DNA of 59,099 bases, taken from contig JAJFKZ010000090.1 in NCBI GenBank assembly GCA_021772955.1, positions 1-59,099 of the forward strand, in the 5' to 3' direction. The translations under genes were made by a program, and so were the position numbers. Under the pieces are notes generated by a model, which saw only the letters and a program-made list of their open reading frames with translations, was not told the origin of the DNA and ran no database searches. Of this stretch, positions 44,976-55,077 are shown in pieces. The DNA is from Gammaproteobacteria bacterium (lineage in GTDB: Bacteria > Pseudomonadota > Gammaproteobacteria > Xanthomonadales > Wenzhouxiangellaceae). Numbering within the stretch: the stretch's first letter is position 1; every line of letters begins with the position of its first letter.

Positions 44976-46157
44976 ATGAAACAGACTGTCGACCAAGCTG
45001 TTGCAGCAATCAGACCGGATCCCGGTAGTCGTTTGCCAGACGTTGGTCTGTCCATTTTTGCGGTCATGTCACAAAAAGCGGCAGCTGCCGGGGCGCTGAA
45101 TCTGGCTCAGGGCTTTCCCGATTTTCCGCCGCCGCAAAGTCTGCAGCAACAGCTGAAGAAGCACATTGATGCCGGCCATCATCAGTACTCGCCATTGGCT
45201 GGGGTACCACTATTGCGCGCGCAAATCGCCGCCAAAACCCGGCATTGTTATGGTGTCGAAGTCGACCCCGATACAGAAGTGACGGTGACCACCGGCGCCA
45301 CCGAAGCCCTGTTTTCCACCATTACCGCGATGGTGCGTCCCGGTGATGAAGTGATCCTGCTGGATCCGGCCTACGACAGTTATGCACCAGCAGTGCGGTT
45401 GGCGGGTGGCAAAACCGTGCATGTGGCATTGCAGCCGCCCGATTACCGTCCGGACTGGGATCAGCTGGCTGCTGTGGTCACGGATAAAACCCGCATGATC
45501 ATGCTGAATACACCGCACAACCCCTGTGGCAGCCTGCTAGGTCATGACGACTATCAGCGCCTGCAACAAATCGTTGCCGGGACCGGTATTTTCCTGATCA
45601 GTGATGAGGTTTATGAGCACATCGTTTTTGATGGCCAGACCCATATCAGCATGCTGCAGTACCCGCAGCTGCGCGAACGCGCGTTCGTCATGTCCTCATT
45701 TGGCAAGACTTATCATGCCACCGGCTGGAAAGTCGGCTATTGTGTGGCGCCACCGGACTTGAGCTGGGAACTGCGCCGCATTCATCAGTTTGTGACTTTC
45801 TGCGTGACCACGCCGATGCAACATGCCATCGCCGACGCGCTGGAAGACCCGACGCATTATGAGGAGCTGCCGGCGTTCTATCAGGCCAAGCGCGATGCGT
45901 TTCGTGCGGCGTTGAGTGGGTCGCGCTTCAAGCTGCTGCCTTGTCATGGCAGCTATTTTCAACTGCTTGATTACAGTGCTATTTCATCTGAAAACGATGT
46001 TGATTTTGCCAACCGCCTGATTGACGAGCATGGTATCGCCAGCATCCCGGTGTCAGTGTTCTATCAACAGCGAATCGATCACAAGGTACTGCGGTTTTGC
46101 TTTGCCAAGGATGCAGCCACGCTGGCACGTGGTGGTGAGCTGCTGTGCGCGATCTGA
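44976..46157 (+). CDS. Class I/II PLP aminotransferase (YbdL/methionine-glutamine transaminase-like)
   Basis: LNLAQGFPDFPPP, HQYSPLAGVP, NTPHNPCG and SSFGKTYHATGWKVGY (PLP-Lys), 393 aa. Confidence 0.85.
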   Translation: MKQTVDQAVAAIRPDPGSRLPDVGLSIFAVMSQKAAAAGALNLAQGFPDFPPPQSLQQQLKKHIDAGHHQYSPLAGVPLLRAQIAAKTRHCYGVEVDPDTEVTVTTGATEALFSTITAMVRPGDEVILLDPAYDSYAPAVRLAGGKTVHVALQPPDYRPDWDQLAAVVTDKTRMIMLNTPHNPCGSLLGHDDYQRLQQIVAGTGIFLISDEVYEHIVFDGQTHISMLQYPQLRERAFVMSSFGKTYHATGWKVGYCVAPPDLSWELRRIHQFVTFCVTTPMQHAIADALEDPTHYEELPAFYQAKRDAFRAALSGSRFKLLPCHGSYFQLLDYSAISSENDVDFANRLIDEHGIASIPVSVFYQQRIDHKVLRFCFAKDAATLARGGELLCAI

Positions 46158-46921
46158 AGCTGGCGCTGCTGCAGCAGCCGCTGGTCTGGCATGACCGTAC
46201 TGCGAATCTGGCGGCATTTGCCGAGCATATCGCAGCGCTTGATGAGACTGATCTGGTGCTGCTGCCGGAGATGTTTACCACCGGCTTTACCATGGCCTCC
46301 GCCGAGCAGGCCGAATCCGATGGTCTGAGCCTGGTGTGGTTGCAGGACATGGCGCAGCGCTACGCTACCGCCATTGCCGGGTCGGTGGCGGTGAATGACA
46401 ACGGCCACTGCTACAACCGTCTGTATCTGGTCACCAGCAGCGGCAGCGTGCATCAGTACGATAAGCGCCACCTGTTTGCCATGGCCGGTGAGCATGCTGC
46501 CTACACCGCCGGCAGGCAACGGCAAGTGATCGATTTACACGGCTGGCGTATCTGTCCGCTGGTGTGCTATGACTTGCGCTTCCCGCTATGGAGCCGCAAT
46601 CGCGCTGACGATGCCTATGACCTGCTGCTGTACGTGGCCAACTGGCCGCAACAGCGCCGCCAGCACTGGCGTACATTGCTGCAGGCCAGAGCCATCGAGA
46701 ACCAGTGCTGGTGTGCCGGCTTGAACCGGGTCGGCAACGACGGCAACGGTATTGATTATGCCGGTGACAGCATGATCTGCGATGCGCTGGGCGAGATCGT
46801 CGCCGATGCACAACACGCTGCCACCAGCCTGTGTTTCACGCTCTCAGCCGAGCATCTGCAGCAAGTGCGCAGCAGGCTGCCGTTTCTGCGCGATGCGGAC
46901 GATTTCAGTGTGACGCTTTAA
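46145..46921 (+). CDS. yafV: Omega-amidase / C-N hydrolase YafV
   Basis: GTG start overlapping the upstream stop. Collinear with E. coli YafV from memory: LLQQPLVWHD, LPEMFTTGF, YDKRHLF, ICPLVCYDLRFPLWSRN, YVANWP, ARAIENQ. Confidence 0.85.
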   Translation: MRDLKLALLQQPLVWHDRTANLAAFAEHIAALDETDLVLLPEMFTTGFTMASAEQAESDGLSLVWLQDMAQRYATAIAGSVAVNDNGHCYNRLYLVTSSGSVHQYDKRHLFAMAGEHAAYTAGRQRQVIDLHGWRICPLVCYDLRFPLWSRNRADDAYDLLLYVANWPQQRRQHWRTLLQARAIENQCWCAGLNRVGNDGNGIDYAGDSMICDALGEIVADAQHAATSLCFTLSAEHLQQVRSRLPFLRDADDFSVTL

Positions 46922-46953
46922 GCCAAAACTGTTGAGTTAAGAATCGGCACCCT

Positions 46954-47027
46954 GTACGAGCCTGCTTGCAGGTGAAAATGAGCAAGACTCAGGTTTCGAA
47001 ATCAATCGCGTGCAAGCACGCTCCTCC
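46954..47027 (-). repeat. 74-nt REP-like palindromic element, copy 2 (inverted)
   Basis: The reverse complement ggaggagcgtgcttgcacgcgattgatttcgaaacctgag...gcaggctcgtac aligns with copy 1. Located between yafV and the convergent M1 peptidase gene. Confidence 0.75.
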
Positions 47028-47091
47028 AAAAAGAGACCTGACTCAGCAGTATTGGCTTTGACCCGCCTGTTTCATGGAGGCGGGTTTAAAG

Positions 47092-48954
47092 CTACTCTGC
47101 GGCTGTGCTGGCCAGCAGTTTGTCAACGGTAGCTTGCGCCAACGGGTGATAGCCTGGACGCGCCATCGTGTAGATGCTGGTGGCCATGGCACGACCGGAT
47201 GCTGTCTCCAGCAGGGCTTCGTAGAGCGGAATGATCAATTTGCGTCGACCAATACTGGTCAGATAATTACGCAGCCTGGCATTCGCCGAGACATACTCGT
47301 TGGCGATGGCCAGCAACAGCCAGCTGTGCAGGATTTCATTGTTACCTGAGGCGGTGAAATGATAGGCCTGATCCAGCTCGGTCATGCGTTTGACGCCGAC
47401 ATCACGCGGCAACTTGTTGAGAAAATACAGCCATTCCTGAGTGCTCCACGCTGCCGTTGGCAAAGCATCGGCGCTGATTTCCTGCTGTAGCCATTGTTGC
47501 CGTGCATGATCGATGACGGCAAAGGCATCAGATTGCGGCAATGTGGCATCGGCAGGCAGGCCTGGTTGTTCAATCCAGGCTCGCACTTGAGCCAATGTGA
47601 CCTGGTCGTGCTGCTGCAGCAGGTGCTGGTTGATGTCGCGCAGAAAACCGGCGCTGGTCATCGGCACGAAGGCATTGCGATCAAAATAACCGCGCAACCA
47701 GGTATCAAAGGCTGCACGTCCAATCGTGTGCTCCAGCCAGCGCAGTAGCAGGCTGCCTTTTTCGTAGGCGACGCTGGAAAAAATATCGTCGGGGTCGCGA
47801 CCGCTCAGGTCTGGTTGCAAGCGTGTATCGGCGGCATCGAGTTTGGCCAGATCAGCCTGCAGATCACGATAACCCAGCACGGCCTCCATGTCGGCACGAC
47901 GGCTACTGTAAACGTCTTCCACGATGCGTCTTTCCAGGTAGGTGGTGAAACCCTCGTTCAGCCACAAATCGGCCCAGGTGGCATTGGTGACCAGGTTGCC
48001 GGACCACGAATGTGCCAGCTCGTGCGCAATCAATGAGGTCAATGACTTGTCGCCAGCGATCACTGTCGGGGTGATAAATGACAAGCGTGGATTCTCCATA
48101 CCGCCAAACGGGAAGCTGGGGGGTAAAATCAGCAGGTCGTAGCGTTCCCAGCGGTAGGCGCCAAAGCGCTTTTCAGTGGCCTTGATCATGGCCTCGGTAT
48201 CATCAAATTCGGCTGCTGCTGCGGCCAGGATAACTGACTCCGCATACACACCGGTGCGCTCGCTCATGGCCTGGAAGCGCAGCTCACCTGCGGCAATTGC
48301 AAGCAGATAAGATGGTATTGGCTGCGGCATGTCAAACGCATAGTTGCCGTCCTGATCAGCGGCATCATTGTTGGCACCCATCACCGCTTTCAGGCCTTCC
48401 GGGGTACGCAAATTTGCAGCGAAGGTAAAGCGTACCAGCGGCGTATCTTGCAGCGGCACCCAACTGCGTGCATGAATGGCCTGTGACTGGCTGAACATGA
48501 ACGGTTTGCGCTTGCCTGCGGTTTGTGCTGGCGTCAGCCATTGCAGCCCTGATGCCTGCGGGCTGGTGGCATAGAAAATGCGCACTTTCTGCGCAGCAGC
48601 GGGCAACTTGATGGACAACGCAGAACCCAGTATTGGATCGGCTGGCGCCAGCTTGAACGGTGTGCTGTGCCATTGTCCATCTTGCTCAAACTCGACCTTG
48701 CGAATGTCCAGGTCGCGCGTGTCCAGAACCAGCTCATCGGCTTGCTGCTGCAAACGCTGTAGCTGCAATTCGGCGCTGCCGATCAGCTGCTGTTGGGCGA
48801 AATCAATGTCCAGATCCAGGTGGATATGCTGAATTCGCATCAGTTGCGGCTGGGCATAGCTGTGCGGGTCGCTGCCAGTGGTTGTCGCTGGTGTCTGGGT
48901 TGCCAGTGATACCAGCAATAGCGATACGAGAATCCTGATGGTGATTTTGTGCAT
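47092..48954 (-). CDS. Secreted M1-family aminopeptidase (LTA4-hydrolase/cold-active aminopeptidase-like)
   Basis: Signal peptide MHKITIRILVSLLLVSLATQTPA, the GGMENP exopeptidase motif and HELAHSWSGN...WLNEGFTTY (HEXXH-18-E). Confidence 0.85.
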   Translation of the reverse strand: MHKITIRILVSLLLVSLATQTPATTTGSDPHSYAQPQLMRIQHIHLDLDIDFAQQQLIGSAELQLQRLQQQADELVLDTRDLDIRKVEFEQDGQWHSTPFKLAPADPILGSALSIKLPAAAQKVRIFYATSPQASGLQWLTPAQTAGKRKPFMFSQSQAIHARSWVPLQDTPLVRFTFAANLRTPEGLKAVMGANNDAADQDGNYAFDMPQPIPSYLLAIAAGELRFQAMSERTGVYAESVILAAAAAEFDDTEAMIKATEKRFGAYRWERYDLLILPPSFPFGGMENPRLSFITPTVIAGDKSLTSLIAHELAHSWSGNLVTNATWADLWLNEGFTTYLERRIVEDVYSSRRADMEAVLGYRDLQADLAKLDAADTRLQPDLSGRDPDDIFSSVAYEKGSLLLRWLEHTIGRAAFDTWLRGYFDRNAFVPMTSAGFLRDINQHLLQQHDQVTLAQVRAWIEQPGLPADATLPQSDAFAVIDHARQQWLQQEISADALPTAAWSTQEWLYFLNKLPRDVGVKRMTELDQAYHFTASGNNEILHSWLLLAIANEYVSANARLRNYLTSIGRRKLIIPLYEALLETASGRAMATSIYTMARPGYHPLAQATVDKLLASTAAE

Positions 48955-49088
48955 GATGAAAACAGCTCGCGAGAAAGCGACTAGTTTGCATGATCAATGG
49001 CACAGATGCCAGTCATCAGCGGCGGTTGTCATCAGAACTGGGGTGCGCGTGGCTATAATGACCACATTGTTATTCATTGGAACTGACC

Positions 49089-49895
49089 ATGCGTTTATTC
49101 ATGCTGTTGCTTGTGGGTCTGCTGTACAGTCAACAACTGCTGGCTTGGGACAAAACCGGACATCGGGTGATCGGTGAGATCGCCGAGCATTACTTGAGCG
49201 CTTCGGCGCGCCTGACGGTTGCGGAGTTGCTCACCGACGAAGGTTTGGCCGAGGCGTCGACCTGGGCTGATTTCATGCGCTCGAATCAGGATGAATTCTG
49301 GCAGAAAACTGCCACCCCGTGGCATTATGTGACAGTCCCCAGGGGCACCAGCTACGCCGCTACCGGTGCTCCGCTGCAAGGTGATGCGATCACGGCGTTG
49401 CAGCGGTTCAGCGCGACGCTGACCGATGCTGAGGCTGAGCTTGAGGATCGGCAACTGGCGTTGCGTTTTATTGTGCACATAGTTGGTGATTTGCATCAGC
49501 CACTGCATGTAGGTAACGGCGAGGACAAGGGCGGCAACGATTTTGACGTGGTTTATTTTGATCAATCGACCAATCTGCACTGGGTCTGGGATAGTCTGAT
49601 CATTGACAACGAAAAACTGTCATTCAGCGAAAAGACCGCATGGTTGCTGGAAAAAATCAGTGCTGCCGATTTTCGTGCCTGGAACAATCCCGATCCGCTG
49701 GTATGGATTGCCGAAAGTGCTGACTGGCGCGATCAGCTCTACCCGGCTGATATCAGATTGAAGTGGAACTACGATTATCAGTGGCTGCCGGTAATCAATC
49801 AGCGTTTGAGCCAGGCTGGTGTGCGGGTGGCAGCATACCTGAACACCTTGTTCGTACCGGTGGCAGCAATGCCACCGCCCGTTGCTGCTGAGTAA
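49089..49895 (+). CDS. S1/P1-family single-strand nuclease, secreted
   Basis: Signal peptide MRLFMLLLVGLLYSQQLLA followed by WDKTGHRVIGEIAEHYL, where the mature N-terminal Trp is a zinc ligand. Also HYV, VGDLHQPLH and GGND. Confidence 0.8.
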   Translation: MRLFMLLLVGLLYSQQLLAWDKTGHRVIGEIAEHYLSASARLTVAELLTDEGLAEASTWADFMRSNQDEFWQKTATPWHYVTVPRGTSYAATGAPLQGDAITALQRFSATLTDAEAELEDRQLALRFIVHIVGDLHQPLHVGNGEDKGGNDFDVVYFDQSTNLHWVWDSLIIDNEKLSFSEKTAWLLEKISAADFRAWNNPDPLVWIAESADWRDQLYPADIRLKWNYDYQWLPVINQRLSQAGVRVAAYLNTLFVPVAAMPPPVAAE

Positions 49896-50069
49896 CGCTC
49901 TCTGGCGCCAGCACCGAAGTTCAGCACCATAGTCCAGCGCCATAGTGATGGCAACAGGCGGATTTTGACGGTCTTCCTGGCGATGAGACCAGGCGCAAGT
50001 TCATCCTCAGCATGCCGTTGACAGAGCAATAGGTTCATCTGGCAGTGCCCTGATCCGGCAAGGTCTGGA

Positions 50070-51008
50070 TCAATCCCGCTTGCACATACGCATGATCTCC
50101 GCCTGGTGTCTTGCCACCGTACGGCGCCCCTCGGCAATGGTCTCGTCGGCGCGATAAAACTCCAGCAATCCCACCTGCGACAATTGCGGAGCGAGTATCA
50201 AATCGGGCGGGTCGCCTGCCAGGCGGCTGCGGGTGATGCGATCGTGCACGATATTGATCGAGGCAGCTATGGAGTCGAACATCCCCGGTACCGCATCTGC
50301 AGCGTCATTCTGGAACAATGCCGCCGTGTAATTGCGAACCTTGTCCAGCAGCCCGGGTGGTTCTTCCGACGGCAACTGGCCGCTCGGTTGTGCACGCTCA
50401 GTCAACGCTGCGGGCTCGGTCTCCAGATACAGGCCACCAACGATGTTGTTCAGGTTGACGGCAATAACGACATCGGCATCCAGCGCCCGGCATACCGACA
50501 CCGGCACCGGGTTCACCAATCCACCATCGACCAGCCAGTCATGCTCGCGGCGAATTGCCGGAAACAGGCCGGGCAAAGAAATTGATGCCCAAACCGCGTC
50601 CAGCAGCGGGCCCTCACGCAGCCACACTTCCCGGCCGCTATGCAGCACCGTGGCCACCGCAGCATACACCTGCTCGCAATCGCTGATCTGCAATTCATCA
50701 TGACACAGATGCTGATTCAAAAAGCGATGCAAGCGCACGGTGTTGACGAAGCCTGAAAAAGTACGGTTGATCTCGAAAAAACCGACTGTCTGAAGTTTGG
50801 TCAGCGACAGTACCCATTGTTCCAGACTGTCCAGATTGCCGCTGACGTAAGCCGCGCCCACCAATGCGCCAATCGAGGTGCCGCAGACGATGTCCGGGCG
50901 AATGCCCATGGCTTCCAGTTCCTGGATAATACCAATGTGCGCCCAGCCGCGGGCTGAGCCGCTGCCCAGCGCCAAACCAATTTTGTACCGTTTGTGGTGC
51001 TTGCTCAT
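50070..51008 (-). CDS. Patatin-like phospholipase (RssA/YchK-like)
   Basis: IGLALGSGSARGWAHIGI, CGTSIGALVGAAY (GxSxG) and WLVDGGLVNPVPV (catalytic Asp-Gly), 312 aa. Confidence 0.85.
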   Translation of the reverse strand: MSKHHKRYKIGLALGSGSARGWAHIGIIQELEAMGIRPDIVCGTSIGALVGAAYVSGNLDSLEQWVLSLTKLQTVGFFEINRTFSGFVNTVRLHRFLNQHLCHDELQISDCEQVYAAVATVLHSGREVWLREGPLLDAVWASISLPGLFPAIRREHDWLVDGGLVNPVPVSVCRALDADVVIAVNLNNIVGGLYLETEPAALTERAQPSGQLPSEEPPGLLDKVRNYTAALFQNDAADAVPGMFDSIAASINIVHDRITRSRLAGDPPDLILAPQLSQVGLLEFYRADETIAEGRRTVARHQAEIMRMCKRD

Positions 51009-51064
51009 GTCATCGGCATCATTTTGACTGTTGTGCTTGCGCTTAAAATAAGAGTTTCAAGCAG

Positions 51065-52339
51065 TCAGGCCTGCCGGGCCGGTGGCAACAATGGAATATG
51101 CTCGCGCAGTTCCTTGATGTGCAGGATGACTGCCTCACGATAATCATCAGTCAGTGGCAATTCATGCAGTTTTTGCAGGGTATTTTGCAAATGAGTGCTC
51201 ACTGCCTGATCGCGTTGACCGTGTTCGCGAATCTGTCCAAAAGCCGCGTCCAGCAGATTGCTGTAGCCCATGCGTGGCTTGCTGATGCGCAGTATCCCTT
51301 GGGCGTCATAAAGGCGAGCAGCCGGCAATTCGCGATCGGCTAGCAGCGACAGTCCGGCCGCGAGTTGATCAATGCAGTTAATGGCGGTGAACGGGTCATT
51401 GATGCCGGGTGACAGCGCGCGCACGGCAATTTCTACCAGTTGATCCAGCGCAAAGCTGAGGTCCTGAGTGGCCGTGCGTTCGTTGCCGATGCTGAAGGCA
51501 GCAAGCAATTCGTTGAGCAAGTCGTCGGCGATTGACTGAGCTGGCCGCAGCGTCGCAATCACCTGGCCAATGAGCACAAACTGGCCGGGATAAACCGGCA
51601 GCCGCAGATGCAGATCATGACTGCTTGCTTGCTGCAGCAGGGCATCGAAATCAATTGCCTGGACATACCCCGAACGCGGCGTGATCAGATCACGCAGCTG
51701 CCCTGGATCTGTATCCTCCTCCTGATCCGGTTGCGACCGCCCGGTCGGCTTAGTGCCGGTATCGATTTGTGGCAGCATTTTCAGGCGCGCCATCAAGGAT
51801 CGAGACACATCGTCGATGACCCTGGGTGCCTGAATGAAGGTGGCAATGTGGTGAATGTAGAAAATCAGCACAAAAAAGCTGCCTGCTCCAAATGCCAGTG
51901 TCAATGTCATCAGCAGATAATTCAGGTTGACACCGCTGACTGTGCTGTCCACCAAGGTCAGTGCGAACAGGCTGAACATGAACGTGGCGATAAAGGTGCC
52001 CAGAGTCAGTTGTGCCACACCTTGCTTGAGAAAGTTTTTCAGCAGGCGTGGTCCGAACTGACTGGCAGTCAGTGACAGCACCACAATCGAGACCGAAAAC
52101 ACCACGCTGGCGGTACCAATGGCCGTTGCCGCCACCGTGGCTAAAACACTGCGCACCGTGGCCACATCCAGATTTTGCAGGTGCACAAAGAAAGCCAGTT
52201 GCAACAACTGCTCGGGCAACAATTGATGCAGTAGCTGCTGTGCCGGTACCAGTAGCAAGCCAACCACGGCCATGATTGACGGGATCACCCAGTAACTGGA
52301 CTGCAGCTGTTCCAGCCAGCGTTTGAAGCGCAGTTTCAT
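51065..52339 (-). CDS. DUF2254-family membrane protein
   Basis: ATG at 52339 (the longer ORF starts at a TTG). WVIPSIMAVVG... and ASVVFSVSIVVLSLTASQFGPRLLKNF are the DUF2254 hallmark. 4 TMs plus a cytoplasmic C-terminal domain. Confidence 0.7.
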   Translation of the reverse strand: MKLRFKRWLEQLQSSYWVIPSIMAVVGLLLVPAQQLLHQLLPEQLLQLAFFVHLQNLDVATVRSVLATVAATAIGTASVVFSVSIVVLSLTASQFGPRLLKNFLKQGVAQLTLGTFIATFMFSLFALTLVDSTVSGVNLNYLLMTLTLAFGAGSFFVLIFYIHHIATFIQAPRVIDDVSRSLMARLKMLPQIDTGTKPTGRSQPDQEEDTDPGQLRDLITPRSGYVQAIDFDALLQQASSHDLHLRLPVYPGQFVLIGQVIATLRPAQSIADDLLNELLAAFSIGNERTATQDLSFALDQLVEIAVRALSPGINDPFTAINCIDQLAAGLSLLADRELPAARLYDAQGILRISKPRMGYSNLLDAAFGQIREHGQRDQAVSTHLQNTLQKLHELPLTDDYREAVILHIKELREHIPLLPPARQA

Positions 52340-52450
52340 GCTGGTATTATGGCCTGTTGCGCGCGTCGATGTCAGCCAACTGTTGGTCTTTGCTGATGGC
52401 GATGTCAGTTGCTCAATGTCTGCCAAGACTGTGGGCCAGTTGCTCCGGCG

Positions 52451-55051
52451 TCAGTCATGTGGCAGCGTGGTGTCCTCCAGCATGCTGGAGTTGACCAGTG
52501 CATTGATGTAGAGCTGTTCAGTACCGCGCCAGAAAGCCCGGAAGTTGGCATTGAAGGCGAACCGTACCGAACTGCCCAGGCCAACGCGTTCGGCTATCAG
52601 CAGTGGCTGGTTGTGGAGCTGTTCCAGCATCCAGTCACTGGCATAACCGGCTGCCAGTTGTGGTTTTTCGCTGAGGCGCAGTGGCGTGCTCCAGGCATTA
52701 TCGCTGGCTTGCAGACGGATCAGGTCGTTCAGCAACACCGGCATGGAGTCGTTGTAGATGCCGGTCAGCAGCGGGTGCGTGGTATCAGCGTCGGCATAAA
52801 ATATCGCGCCGCCCAGTACTCGTTTGGCAGCGGCCTGCTGGTGATCGGAATAGTGTTGAATACCCAGCTGGGTACGTGATTGATCATTAACGTCCACCAG
52901 CTCCTTGAGCAATCTCTGCACCCGTGCGGCTGTGGTTTCATCGATCGGCGCGGGCTGATCGCCAGCACTGCTAGCATCGGGAGCGGGCTTGGCAAACAGC
53001 GCGCCAGCCCATTCGGCGCTGTGTTTTTGTGTGATCAATATGCCGCCGGCGCCGACCCAGGCAAGCAATGCATCGTACCAGTCATCGGGGATCGCCGTGT
53101 AGTCAGCATCAGCCAGCAGCAGGTGCGTATAGTCACGCAGATCCGGCAGCTCCTGACTGATATCCAGCATTGGCAGCGGCAGGCCCAGGCGACGATCGAT
53201 CAGGTGCCAGATATGGCCGGCTTCCATGGCATTGATACCAGCACCCGTCAGTAGCAGTGGTCGGACGGGTTGTAGTGGCTGGATACCCGGCGAACCGAGA
53301 TCGACACCGGCATAATTGAGCCCGGAATCCAGCGCCTGCAGTGTCACCGGCCAACGTTGTAAATGCTCATTGATGCTGGCAATGACGCCAGCACGGTCGA
53401 CATTGTGGCGCAACATCACAATGAAATCGCCACGCGCAACGCTGCTGTCGACCTGCAACTTGCGCTGCGGATTGATGACCCGATACACCGGCACATCCGC
53501 ATTGGCCAACGCCAGCGCCAGCGCACTGGCGTCCAGACTGTCGCCAGCGAAGCGCCAGGCGAGGGTATCGCTGGCGGCTGCTAGCTGCCTGGACGGTACG
53601 GTTTCGGCGGCATTCATGGCGCTGTTGGCAGGCACTTTTGCCAGTTGGCTGAACTTCAGGTTGTAGGCCAGCGGCAAGGTCCAGGCCGAAACATCGTAAA
53701 AAGTATTGTCTTCAAATTCGCTGCGCTGTTCGAAGATGGCTTCGATCAACGCCGACTGTCTTTGTTGTACCGCTACCACGAAGCTGCTGTCGGCAGCAAA
53801 ATCCATGCCATTGGCGCGCACTGGCTGCTGCAATCGACCGACTTCGATCTGATGCTGCTGCAACAGCTTGACCAGCTCCGGCGCACGCTTTGCAGTACCG
53901 CGATCACTGAAAATCCAGGCGCGGTGTTCAAGCTGTGCGGCGCGTTTGGCGGCTGCTTTGAAGAACTGCTGTTGCCAGTCCAGCAACTCACTGCGCAAGG
54001 CATGGCCGCCGCGCAGCGTGGACAGGCTGGTGGCAAAGTGATTGCGGATTGCGTCACGGAAACTGAATGTGCCATTGGCAGAGTCTGTCAGATGCCCGCG
54101 GGCTGAGGCTTGCTCGAACAAGATACCGATGCTGCCCTGGATATCGGGGTAGGTTGAACCCTTGCCGTAATAAAAGTCGTCAAAGCGCTCGCGGGTGAAG
54201 TAACGGCTGCCGATGGCATCCAGGGCGGCAGCGTGATAGCGTCCCAGGGCTTCGGTCAGGCGCACGTTTTCGGCTGCGGTCAAGGGGTTTTTGCGCTCTG
54301 GTACGCCGGGCTGGAAAAAATACCCGGCGTCGCTACCCTGCTCATGGTAATCGCCGAAGATGTTCGGCTGCCAATGCTGGAACTGCTGCACGCGAGCAAC
54401 TGATTCGGGCTGCGTCAATGGCAGCCAGTCGCGGTTCAAATCAAACCAGTAATGGTTGAAGCGCCCGCCGGGCCAGGCCTCGTTATGCTCGCGATGCAGC
54501 TTGTCGGCCACCGGCTGTTGGCCCTGGTGCATGTTGGCCCAGGTGGCGAAGCGGCCCAACCCGTCCGGGTTCAGCATCGGATCGAGGATGATCACGGTGT
54601 TTTCCAGCAATGCCTTGACCCAGTCAGCTTCACTGGCAAGCAGGTAATAGGCCACCAGCATGGCAGCATTGCTGCCGCTGGCCTCATTGCCGTGGATGCT
54701 GTAGCCCAGCCAGATCACCAGTGGCCCATCACCGGCAATGTGTTGTTGCCGCAACTGCTCCAGCTGGTGCTGATTGTCGGGACTGGAAATGTACATGTGC
54801 AACAGTGGCCGCTGCTCATGGGTTTTGCCGATGACCTTGAGACTGGCACGATCCGAGGCCGCCGCCAGCTGTTGAAAGTACTGGTTGATCTGCTCCGGCC
54901 GGGCGTGCCAGCGGCCCACCGGCCAGCCAAGTTCACTGGCCGGCGTGGGGATGGCGTCGTTGAATGGCTCACCGCCAGGCAAGATATCATCACTGGCGAC
55001 TGCGCACGCAAGCGTGCTCATGAACAAGGCAATTATCAGCAGACGTGGCAT
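52451..55051 (-). CDS. Secreted M14-family zinc peptidase (carboxypeptidase-like), large multidomain
   Basis: Signal peptide MPRLLIIALFMSTLACAVA. The M14 zinc motif sits in IWLGYSIHGNEASGSNAAMLVAYYL (HxxE). 866 aa with a long C-terminal extension of unknown function. Confidence 0.75.
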   Translation of the reverse strand: MPRLLIIALFMSTLACAVASDDILPGGEPFNDAIPTPASELGWPVGRWHARPEQINQYFQQLAAASDRASLKVIGKTHEQRPLLHMYISSPDNQHQLEQLRQQHIAGDGPLVIWLGYSIHGNEASGSNAAMLVAYYLLASEADWVKALLENTVIILDPMLNPDGLGRFATWANMHQGQQPVADKLHREHNEAWPGGRFNHYWFDLNRDWLPLTQPESVARVQQFQHWQPNIFGDYHEQGSDAGYFFQPGVPERKNPLTAAENVRLTEALGRYHAAALDAIGSRYFTRERFDDFYYGKGSTYPDIQGSIGILFEQASARGHLTDSANGTFSFRDAIRNHFATSLSTLRGGHALRSELLDWQQQFFKAAAKRAAQLEHRAWIFSDRGTAKRAPELVKLLQQHQIEVGRLQQPVRANGMDFAADSSFVVAVQQRQSALIEAIFEQRSEFEDNTFYDVSAWTLPLAYNLKFSQLAKVPANSAMNAAETVPSRQLAAASDTLAWRFAGDSLDASALALALANADVPVYRVINPQRKLQVDSSVARGDFIVMLRHNVDRAGVIASINEHLQRWPVTLQALDSGLNYAGVDLGSPGIQPLQPVRPLLLTGAGINAMEAGHIWHLIDRRLGLPLPMLDISQELPDLRDYTHLLLADADYTAIPDDWYDALLAWVGAGGILITQKHSAEWAGALFAKPAPDASSAGDQPAPIDETTAARVQRLLKELVDVNDQSRTQLGIQHYSDHQQAAAKRVLGGAIFYADADTTHPLLTGIYNDSMPVLLNDLIRLQASDNAWSTPLRLSEKPQLAAGYASDWMLEQLHNQPLLIAERVGLGSSVRFAFNANFRAFWRGTEQLYINALVNSSMLEDTTLPHD

Positions 55052-55077
55052 GGGTTAGTATCCTGTAGCAGGTGAAT

